A DNA stretch of 64,000 bases from Psammoneis japonica (lineage: Eukaryota). The notes below the pieces were generated by a model. It saw only the letters and a list, made by a program, of their open reading frames with translations, had not been told where the DNA came from and searched no databases. The stretch lies in the NCBI GenBank assembly GCA_008632985.1, contig QPGO01000153.1, forward strand, positions 1 to 64,000, given 5' to 3'. Below, one piece after another: positions 1-9,839 of this stretch. Position 1 is the first letter of the stretch. Each line of letters opens with the position of its first letter. The position numbers and the translations under genes were made by a program.

Positions 1-426
1 CGGTCACGCCCAACCTTGGTGCATTTCTACTGAAAGTCTACGTGTCCCATCCGTCCAGAGTCACAATTGAAGATGCGTATGTTTGCGATTACTTCTTGGT
101 CGCAGCTTTGTCACGTATTCCCGTTTGGCATTGTAAAGTACCACTCGAGCATAGGATGTGCGGCAAATGCAGTCATCGGAATTACGTGGACAGGTCTGAC
201 ACGAGGCATGACTTTGTGGGTCATGAAATCTCAGGTCACAAATAGGTCCAACGGATGTCTCTGCCTAAATCTCTCATGCCAGGCATAACTAATGCATTCT
301 CTGAACTACCCAATTCTCGGAAGGTGTGACTTTATCAAGTCATTTGTCAATCTTCGGCCAAGACTGTCGCGTCTAATCTCTGTCCAACGCACGAAAATTG
401 ATTTGTAATTGATGACCTGTCAAATA

Positions 427-459
427 AATGACCTCTTTGTGATTCACAGAATGGTCATT
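427..459. promoter_or_regulatory. Palindromic motif AATGACC-N4-TGTGATTCACA-N4-GGTCATT upstream of the LTD gene (candidate cis-element)
   Basis: Imperfect palindrome read directly. The same spaced motif occurs twice at 7189-7258, upstream of the HSF gene. Function is inferred only. Confidence 0.35.
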
Positions 460-645
460 CAGCCCTACGACAGATACGTTACGTCGGTACAACCAGGCAG
501 ACATTTTGATGAAAAACCGCTGACACTATGCTCACGAAGTTGTCAGCACGATCAACAATTTGTAGCGGCCAATTTGCGAGTGGATAAAAAACGGGAAGCA
601 TAATATTCTGTCCAGAGCAACAGCAAGATCAAACCATTTTTGAAA

Positions 646-1284
646 ATGACTATCGCCAGAAGGTCTCTACCAGCCACGAGTTTGGCGCTGCTCGCCCTCA
701 ACATGGCAACGGGACAACTCGTGATAAACGAAATCATGTACCACCCATCGGCAGTAAGTGATAAGCGCGGTGAATGGATTGAATTGTTCAACGCGGGTGA
801 TACTGAAGTTGACATCAATGGTTGGGTCATCAAAGACGATGACTACGACCATCACAGGATAAACAACGACGAACCTCTCGTAATTTCTCCCGGCGGTTAC
901 CTTGTACTCGGTAACAATGAAGACATCTCTGCCAACGGAGGTGTGGAGTTGGACTACTGCTACCACGAGCATTTTGTTTTGAACAACCGCGAAGATGAAA
1001 TTGTTCTAATGGACATGGACGGCACGACTGAGGTTGATCGCGTTGTCTGGAAAACAGATGAAGACAATGAAGACATCTTCTCCTCGCGTGAGCGTTTCCC
1101 TTACACAGCCGGTGCAGCTTGGGCTTTGCGCGACCCATCTCTGGATAACAATGTCGTTGGTCACTGGTGTGTGGCATCGACTTCCTATGGAAAAGGTGAC
1201 AAAGGTACTCCTGGCGCTGCCAACGACTGCACCGACAAAAGACACTTGGCAGAGGTGGGACGTGGTCTTAGGGGGCACCGTTAA
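646..1284 (+). CDS. Secreted lamin-tail-domain (LTD) protein, intronless
   Basis: Hydrophobic N-terminus, then LVINEIMYHP...GEWIELFNAGDTEVDINGWVIKD...ISPGGYLVL and C-terminal GTPGAAN, typical of bacterial-type LTD modules. ATG is at 646; the ORF track starts at TTG 640. Confidence 0.8.
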   Translation: MTIARRSLPATSLALLALNMATGQLVINEIMYHPSAVSDKRGEWIELFNAGDTEVDINGWVIKDDDYDHHRINNDEPLVISPGGYLVLGNNEDISANGGVELDYCYHEHFVLNNREDEIVLMDMDGTTEVDRVVWKTDEDNEDIFSSRERFPYTAGAAWALRDPSLDNNVVGHWCVASTSYGKGDKGTPGAANDCTDKRHLAEVGRGLRGHR

Positions 1285-1559
1285 CATTTATACGTCGGTA
1301 TAAACTAAAGAAAGTGCTGCCACAGTCCACGAGGATGAATCCATCCTGCTTTGTTTGAATCAACTGACATTACTTCGTTGTTTGCACCCGACTTCGTCAC
1401 ACGGCATCTCGCACTTGTTGTTGCTAATTTCATTCTTATTATCCTGTCTATGCATTGCCACGTTATTCTCTTCAAAAGTGTGGGTGGAACAGCAAACGTC
1501 GAAAACGAACCAGATGACACACTTTAATTTGAAACAAGACATTGCAAAACACAACTTTG

Positions 1560-4500
1560 GCATAACAGGCTCATCCCAGAAAGAGGGTCCGCTCAACTTG
1601 TTGAAGCCAATCTTTTGATTCCACAAGAGCTGAGTGGCAGCACAAAGAAGTGAGTGCATCTGGCAAGAAAGTAAAGAAATAAAGCAATTGCAGGTAAGAC
1701 AAAGGATGCTTCCTGAGCCAACAAGCAAACTTACAAGCATGATGGAACCACCAAACCACTGTGGACACAGGTGATGCCAGTCTTGTTTGAGAGAAAAGAA
1801 TGGTTCGATGGCGCATTGAGGTGCACAATTGTGACAAATGCAGGAATGCACTGGATGCATAAAAAAAGCATGCCCTCTGCCCCTGATTGATGGAGAGAGA
1901 AGAAAAAGCAGCATCTCACTGAACACAAAATGGCAATTGAATGCTGTGCCAAGCTCATCAAATGGGGTGACTTTGAAAGCCCTTTCTTGACCAACAGGAG
2001 TGCACTAGACACACACAAAAAAGCATGCCCTCCACTCCTGATTGATGGAGAGAGGAGAAAAGGCAGCATCCCACTGAACACAAAATGGCAGTTGAGTGCT
2101 GAGCCAAACTCATCAAACAGGGTAACTTTGAAAACCCTCTCTTGACCAACCCACGACAACAAACAACAAACTTGGTGTTTCTTGTTTTTCATCTTGCTGC
2201 TTCTTTGATTGGCTCCTTTGAAACGACGCTGCCGACAGAACAAGCAACAAGTGGCAAAAGCAAAAACTGCACAACTGGTGCAACACACTTGCCAAATGAA
2301 GTGCCTCTCTCAAAAGTTGAGCTTGGCCCTTTCATCCTTTTCAGTGCCTTTTCAGCATGACAGCAAAAGGAGGGAGAGTCATCATGCCACTCTCAGTGGT
2401 CAGGCTGGCTGCAAGTTTTTGTGTGACATCTGACACATGGGTCAGCCATGCGATGATGGCCAGATGGCAATCTGGGGACTGCCATCATGCTGGACAGTGC
2501 TGCAGTCACACAAATCAGTGCTCTGGCCAGCATTTGTCTGACCCCACCAGCTGGTGTTGCACACCTTTTGCATGGTCTGAGATTGAGGTGCAAAATGATG
2601 CATTCATTGTTGAGTCATGTTCATGAGTCATGAGAGTGCTCTCATCTTTGCATTGTGTTGGTTCAATGGTCAATGCCAGCACTCCACATTTTGCTCTCCA
2701 ATCCAGAGCAACATCTGAGCTGTTGGTCTCCCAACTGGGCTTTGGATGTGGTCAAGGCTGCGCATGTGAAGTTGACTTCAATGATGGCAAAACAAAAAAT
2801 GACAATGCCCAATGTGAGCAGCACTTCTTACATCCAGCAATGCACTCTCATGTCCTTGGGATGAGACTGCTTTGGACACAGCTGCATGTCTCTTTTGCGC
2901 TGTCATCATTTCCAGATGATTGCAGAGTGCCCCACAGCATCAAGATGCTGCAGTGCCTGCTGCGTGCAATTTTGATTTTGACTCTCTCATGGCGCTGATG
3001 TCGATGGCTGCCCTGCTCTTCTTTGCAGCTCCACAAATCTGCTTGTGACAATGCAGGAGTGCACTGCTGGAGATGCATCCCAAAAAATGTCCTCCACCCC
3101 TGATTGACAGAGAGAGGAAAAAAAGAAGAGCATCATCCTGCTGAACACAAAATGGCAATTGAATGCTGAGCCAAGCTTGTCACATGAGATGACTTTGAAA
3201 ACCCTCTCTTGACTGACCTTGGCAACAAAAAACAAACTTGGTGTTTCTTGTTTCTCATCTTGCCACTTCTTTGATTGGCTCCTTTGGAACAACACCAGCA
3301 CAACAAGCTGCAAGAGGTGAAAGCACAAGCTGCACAAATGGCGCGAAACTTGCCAAATGAAGTGCCCCTTGAGAGTGGAGCTTGGCCCTCTCATCCTTTT
3401 TAGCATCTTTTCAGCATGACAGCAAAAAGAGCACAAAACATCATTGGCCACTCAGCAGTTGGGTTGGCTGCAAGTTTTGTGTGTGGCATCTGATGCATGG
3501 GTCAGCCTCATGATGATGGCCAGATGACAATCTGGAGACTGCCATCATGCCAGATGGTGCCACAGTCTCACACCAATCAACACTCTGGCCGGCACCTGTG
3601 TGACCTTGCAGGTGGATGTTCTTGCACCTTTGCATTGGCTGAGATTGAGGTGCAAACAATGGGAGTCATTCGAAAATGTCGCGTGGGTCACAATTGACAT
3701 TTTGCACAAGGAAAAACACAAATGGTGAAGGCCAATGCCGTCAATCAGACAGCATTTCAACTCAGTTCCCGAAAAGTTGACATTCGTACACGGACGGATG
3801 GACAGACTGACAACAATTGTTTTTGGTGCTCTCCTGCACAATTTCTACGTGATGACTCTCAGGACCCGAATGATTCCTGTTGTGATGCATTCATTGTTGA
3901 GTCATGTTTGTGGGTCATGAGAGTGTTCTCATCTTTGCATTGTGTTGGTGCAATGGTCAATGCCAACACTCCACATTTTGCCCATCAGCCCAGCACAACA
4001 TCCAGGCAGGTTCAGCACTGGTGGTTTTCCAACCAAGCTTTGCCTGCAGTCAATGCTGCACATGTGAAGTTCATTTTTGTGTGACCCCACAGGTGGTTGT
4101 CACACCTTTGCATTGGCTGAGATTGTGGTGCAAAATGATGCAGTCATCATCAACTCATGTTTGCAGGACATGAGAGTGCTCTCATCTTTGTGCTGGTGCT
4201 GTGACGGTCAATGCCAATGCTCCACATTTCAACTTCCTGTCCAGTGCAACAACACCTGGGTTCTTGGTGTCCCAACCATGCTTTGGGTGTGGTCAATGCT
4301 TGCTGCACATGTGAAGTTGATTTCAACAATGGCAAAAAACAACAACTTGTTGTGCACAATGTGAGCAGTGCTCACATCCAGCAATGGACTCTCGTTGTTG
4401 TCAACATTTCCAAATGATTGGCAGAGTGTCCCACTGCATCAAGATGCTCCAGCACCTGCTTTCTTGTGCAACTTTGATTTTGAGCTCACAATGGTGCTGC

Positions 4501-6110
4501 CATCAAGGGCGAACTGCCCTGCTCTTCTTTGCAATTCTGCAAATCTGCAGCCCCCACAAACAACGCACAAAAGAGCATGTCAGAAGAATGTTTGGTTCAG
4601 AGAGATGCAGGTGCTGGTGTCTCTGAGGCAGGAGAGCATGCCAAAAGAGCCAGATTGTCTGTCAGCACCCAGGAGACACCACATTGGAAAAGGATGAGGC
4701 AATCTGTGGAAAGGAATGCAGTCGCTGTGTAAAGCAGAGTGCAACCTGCAAGAAGCAGAAGGCAAAGGTGTTCAGCGCAATTGTGGGGCAATGTGCCAAG
4801 GCCATTTGTCCCAAAATTGAAGGAGAAGTGAAGGAGCTCACAAGAGAGTGGCAAAGGAGCAGGAGGACATGGCAGCTCTTCTGGACACTCTCAAGTTGAT
4901 CTTGTTCAATGCAAATGAGAAGATGAAAACCAAATGTCCAGGTGTCCAAGGCTTGAAAGCAGTTGGTGCTCATTTGTCAAGATGAGAGAGAGGCGCTTCA
5001 AGATGTGTTGCCACAATTTTTTTGTGAGCATGGTTCTTGAAGTGGTGGAAATGTCCTGCAGCAAGATCTCACACCTCAGAAGAAATTGCCAAGAAAGAAG
5101 ATGAGCCCAGCGAGGGCGCTGATGACACCTGGGGCAAAGAAAGGAACAAGTTGTTGGTGGCAATGCCAGTGGAGGGCACCAAGGAACATTGGCATCATGT
5201 CTTGCAAGACCTGTGTCAGCAGTTCATGCTGGGGTTGAAATTTGCCCCAACTCAGCTGAGAAGGCACTGCAGGCATTGGGCACCCACAGGACAAACAGGA
5301 AACCTGATGTGGCACAAGCTTCGCACAGAACAAGAAGAAGCAGATTGATTGATGGAAATGCAATGAGGTTTGGCATGTGAGGAAGGGTTGCCCTGACAAC
5401 AATCGTTCATTGGCATCGGCAGAGTCAGATGATGTGAGCTGTGGGAGCCAGAGCAGAACAGTCGATGTGGCACTGGGCAGCATGGATTCTTCCAAGTGTC
5501 ATGATCCCGTGTGCTTGATGCCCATGTGGCCAATCACGTGACAGCTCACACAAAGGAGTGTGTTGGGACACTGGCACCAGAGGCAGTTTTTGGACAACAA
5601 CATGGCAAATTTTCACTCACAGGTCTTGTGCTCACTTTTTAGCTTCTGCCTGGTTGACAAAGAAGCAGCAGTTGACAGCATGAGAAATGTGCTTGCAAGC
5701 CACTCCGTGAGCCAGGGGTCAGCAAGACTGAATGCACACCAGCTGGCAAGCTGTGAAGCTCCAACATCAGAAGCATCATGGCTGATGCCGCCATTTGGGA
5801 AAACAGCAGGGGCCAATGGTGTCGCACCCAGGGATGTTGTCACCAGCAAGCCCCATTCTTCAGAAACCCACGACATTTTTTTGGCAGCAGCAGCCAGCCA
5901 GCACTTGCTGTGTCACCAACAACTGTGTTGCGCAACCAGAAGCATGCCATCAAACACTGCTCTAATGGCTGCACAGCACACCACACATTTTGAATGGTCA
6001 TTCGGCATCCGACTGGGTGAAGCCAGCAGCAGAAATGTGCGTCCCAAGCAGTCTTTTTGATTTTGGACGTTGACAGGTGATGTCAGAAAAGTGCGCAGCT
6101 TTATGACCGA
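1560..6110. mobile_element. Decayed repeat domain 1 (TpA- and CpG-depleted, TG/CA-rich) with nested internal duplications
   Basis: Fewer than ~10 TA dinucleotides by eye between 1900 and 6110. Internal copies: ~1850-1995 = ~2015-2145 = ~3080-3215; ~2150-2600 = ~3220-3660; ~2590-3050 = ~3880-4550. Boundaries are approximate. Confidence 0.7.
4700..5350 (+). pseudogene. Degenerate gag-like remnant of an LTR (probably Ty1/copia) retrotransposon
   Basis: KAKVFSAIVGQC... and HVLQDLCQQFMLG...EKALQALGTHR. Homologous at DNA level to 47970-48470 (- strand), which is followed by a degenerate CCHC knuckle. Confidence 0.5.
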
Positions 6111-6159
6111 AGAATGTCGCAGCGGGTCACAATTTTTTTTGAAATTGCACGATCTTCCT

Positions 6160-6242
6160 ATGTACAGTCGTAGTACTCTCTCTACTAGTACGGTAGCTAC
6201 TAGCTAGCTAGCTAGTAGTAGAGAGTACCGGTAGAGCTAATG
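6160..6242. repeat. TA-rich low-complexity tract (tagc/tag repeats)
   Basis: tagtactctctctactagtacggtagctactagctagctagctagtagtagagagtac. A similar tract lies at ~59710-59757. Confidence 0.6.
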
Positions 6243-6294
6243 TAGCACAGCATTGAACGCGCTGCTCTGGTAGCCATTCATTTTCTCAGAGTTA

Positions 6295-7105
6295 GGCTCG
6301 GTCTACAGGTGAACCGCGCCGGATCGGATCGACGGATCGGATCGCGTCAGAATTCCGTTAGTCGACAGGTGGAACCGGATCGGATCGCGGATCGGATTCG
6401 ACATTTTGATGTGAGTCGCAAAACGACATAAGTTTCAAGATTCCAAACTCCCAAGAACAACAAAGCGCTGACAACAGCGAACAACAAGAAGTGTGGCCAT
6501 GATGCTTCACATCTTGTCATAACGTGACGATATGACGACAGAACCATACTGTTATTACTGCTATACATACATATGAGACCGCATCATTGAGAATCGTTGT
6601 CACTCAGTGTTCGCAGCAACGCTAAGGAAGAAAAAGCTATCACTTTTGTAATTAGGAAACTAATGCAAATGTTTTCGTATTGAAATTTCGAATTAAATAA
6701 TAAATACTTGTTATTTTGCTTATTCAATGTTTCTCCAACAAATCTATACGGCATTATCGGTTTGACAAGCTATTCTATTGCCATGCGACCTTTCTCATCG
6801 TCATTTCGAGCATGGGAAGACTTTGACTATAATGCTCAGAATGTTCCTTGCCCTTATGGCTGAATCTTATGCCGTTCTGTGTCATAATCGTGTGATGTTG
6901 TGCCATTGTCGTGATGACGGCACGGAATCTTCAAAATTGGATCCGACATCCGATCCGGATTTTCGGATCGGACGGTCTTCGGAGCAAAATATGTCCCACG
7001 AAGGCCACGGATCGACTTTTTGACTCGATGGACTAACATTTTAATGGGTTATGAAGGAGTCGATCCGGCGATCCGATCCGGCTCGGTTCACCTGTAGACC
7101 GAGCC
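6295..7105. mobile_element. Non-autonomous PIF/Harbinger-type (Tourist-like) MITE, 811 bp
   Basis: 45-bp terminal inverted repeats GGCTCGGTCTACAGGTGAACCG(C/A)GCCGGATCGGATCG(A/C)CGGATCG with 2 mismatches. Flanked by TTA target-site duplication (6292-6294 and 7106-7108). Subterminal GGATC repeats; no transposase ORF. Confidence 0.85.
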
Positions 7106-7188
7106 TTAGACGTTTTAGTCTTTGTACACAAGACCGATAACAGTAGAATTTATTGTTTTTAGTCAAAGGCATTGTCTCAAAGCAAAAT

Positions 7189-7258
7189 ATGACCAATTTG
7201 TGATTCACAAAGCAGTCATCGATATTAATGACCCATCTGTGATTCACAAAGAAGTCAT
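7189..7258. promoter_or_regulatory. Two tandem copies (39-bp period) of ATGACC-N4-TGTGATTCACA-N4-AGTCAT upstream of the HSF gene
   Basis: Copies at 7189-7219 and 7228-7258; same motif as 428-458. Confidence 0.4.
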
Positions 7259-7383
7259 CGGGTCTTTCCGACAGTCACGTCCGCATGACTCATTTTCCTG
7301 GGCGGTTTTGCCTTCCCTGTTCTCACAAATGCAGAAAAACATAATCAAATCACAGCTAGTATTTTTGCAGGACTTGCAAAGTA

Positions 7384-8372
7384 ATGATGTCTTCTACTCA
7401 AATTCATTCGAGCATCAACGGGGGAATGCCCGCAGCAACATCTCACATCCGTCCTCCTTTTTCGTCTTATTCCTCTGAACTGCGGACGGGGTGTGACGAT
7501 GATGACAGCGAAGTTGAGGGAAATACCATGACATTGGAAAAACAGAGACCAAGAAACGGACGTAAGCGTCAGACTCGAAAAACTTTTCCATTTTTGCTCC
7601 ACGAGCTTCTTGCAGACAATGATCTTCAACATGTAATAAGTTGGCTTCCCGATGTGGCGAGTCGTTTGTCATCAAGTCGCGAGAACTTCTTGTAAAGGAG
7701 GCCCTAATTAAGTACTTCAAGGAGTCCAAGTACTTATCCTTTACTCGGAAGCTAAATCGGTGGGGCTTCAAAAGAACTACGAGTAACATCTATCCCAACG
7801 ACATTGTGTTCTTTCACCGTTTGTTTGTGAAGGACGCTCCAGACCTATGCAAGGGCATGAGCGGCGCCAGGAAACAATCCAAGAAACTTGCTAGTTTGCG
7901 GCGCCTCAGCAATGTGTACAGCGCCACCACTGATCGAAATGGCCATGAAAACATTGTTCGATCAGCTCCTCAGCTCATTCTACCTCCTCCTCCTTTTCAC
8001 TCGAGCTCAGGAAATATTTCTGCTGACCCAGTAGACCAAACCATATTTTCTGAGTATGAGGCTCAAGCATCGGCACTACTTGGAAGAGCAGGAAGTCATC
8101 TCGAGCAAGTGCAAGCTCTAAGGATGGAGATGGATGCAATGCACAGTGCTGCAGCTTTCTTTCAGGCACCGGTTGGCGTAGCTACAATGTTGCAGCCTCC
8201 TGCTTTAGAAGGTATTCGAGACCTAAGGGTGCCTAGTTCGCGTTCGTTGTTCTCCCTTGAAACTAATCAAGATATTGCCACACGATTGGATTTAGAGGCT
8301 CTGTTGATACGGAGACGTCAAGCAGAAAGGAACGATCGTTTCTTCAGGCTCATTGGTCGTCCGTATCCGTGA
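7384..8372 (+). CDS. Heat-shock-factor (HSF) type DNA-binding domain transcription factor; one frameshift at ~7652
   Basis: TFPFLLHELL...VISWLPD in one frame joins GESFVIKS...YFKESKYLSFTRKLNRWGFKR...FFHRLF in another. This is the canonical HSF DNA-binding domain split by an indel. Confidence 0.8.
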
Positions 8373-8789
8373 AATAGAAGTAGGGGGGATAAGCATTGAA
8401 AACTCAGCCTGAGAAGCAATAATGCCAATGAAGTAAATAAATGCTCCTTGTATGTCTTGGAGAAACAGAGACAACTTCTGCTCTGCGAGGAAGAAAAAGA
8501 TGGGATAGTCTAAATGATAAATGCGACGAAGGAATGGGAGTCACCGATAATCGAATCATAGTCACGAAATACGCACCCTACGAAGCTCATCTCTCATCTC
8601 CAAATAAACAATGAACAGATTGATCAAATCCCCTGTCTGTGCTGCACAGGCTACGTAGGTTCTCTACGGCACACCACGTAGCAGTCAAACATCCTGGAAC
8701 TTCTTTCGGTGAATGAACACCGAAAAGACCAAAGGACAATCCTCAACGCAAACCTCTTGTCACACTGTTGGATTGTGATTGTTGACATC

Positions 8790-9518
8790 ATGGAAAACCA
8801 ACACTATCGCCCTTCCCCCCACATCAAACTGGATGAGTCAGATGATGATTTCGGTGTATACAAATTTGAAGGAGAAGACGAGTTTGAAGGAGAAGACGAA
8901 TTTGAAGGTCCCGACGAATTTGAAGGTCCAGATGAGTTTGAAGGACCCGACGAGTGCGAAGGAGAAGACGAGTTCGAAGGCCTGGATGAAGATATAGAAG
9001 GCTCACATTTCATTCGTTACAGAGACGCATATCCAATGGCGCAACTTATTCAGTTAACGATCAACGAAAAGCCAAATAGTCTGGATGTTGACAAGAAGTA
9101 CGATGATTTGAATGAACAGCAAAAAGCGGATTACTATTTCAAGAAATCGTTGTCAGAAGATGAAGAGCTGAAGAATATCTACCTCGATATCTCTCAAGGA
9201 AAAAAGGAAGCAACTGCATTTGAGAACGACGACTCCACGTCAAAGAAACTCAAAGTCATTGAGGATGGATTAGCTAATCGAATTGACTTTGCTGTGAGAC
9301 AGCGGCGATTCGTGACGAAGCTGCATGCTGCCAAAATACTGACACATAGTGAAGATGTTTGGAAAAAGGTAACGATGGAGTTAACAAGAGCATTGGAAAT
9401 TGCGTCGAAATGGAACACCGAGCGAATGGAGTCGTTAACTAGTGCACTCGAGGTGGAGTCTCGATGTGATATCGCTGACACAGATTTTGAGCGCACCTTG
9501 CGTAGCATTTGGAAGTAA
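8790..9518 (+). CDS. Hypothetical protein with an acidic hexapeptide repeat
   Basis: Open frame from ATG 8790 with coding-like composition. No recognised domain. Confidence 0.55.
   Translation: MENQHYRPSPHIKLDESDDDFGVYKFEGEDEFEGEDEFEGPDEFEGPDEFEGPDECEGEDEFEGLDEDIEGSHFIRYRDAYPMAQLIQLTINEKPNSLDVDKKYDDLNEQQKADYYFKKSLSEDEELKNIYLDISQGKKEATAFENDDSTSKKLKVIEDGLANRIDFAVRQRRFVTKLHAAKILTHSEDVWKKVTMELTRALEIASKWNTERMESLTSALEVESRCDIADTDFERTLRSIWK
8865..8990 (+). repeat. 18-bp tandem repeat x7 encoding FEG(E/P)DE
   Basis: tttgaaggagaagacgag / tttgaaggtcccgacgaa etc.; variation is mostly synonymous. Confidence 0.9.
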
Positions 9519-9839
9519 ACGGACACATTGCGGCACGGGGACCTTTTGTAATGAACACTTGGGAACAGATCCGTCAGGCCGGGGAAGATTTCCGCAATAG
9601 ATAAGTTTAGAACATCCTCTCTTGGCAACGCTGATTCAACAGCAGAGAGTGACTCCGAACAGGAAAATATTTGAAGATGGTGCTGATTACCTGTATAGAA
9701 GTAGCGCCAGCACATAACACGACGAAAGATACTCTACAACATTATTCGTCATTCCCAATGCTGAAGTGCATGCGGTAGAATCTAGGTCTCATTCAACGGT
9801 TAATAATGTTATCCCCAAATCGACGCAATACAAGCCAAA

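Noticed and set aside
438..448. Bacterial CRP site (TGTGA...TCACA)
   Set aside because: The half-sites are separated by 1 nt rather than 6, and the DNA is eukaryotic.
6160..6242. TA-rich tract as a boundary element of the TA-depleted domain
   Set aside because: A similar tract at ~59710-59757 has no adjacent depleted domain, and the other domain edges lack a clear equivalent.
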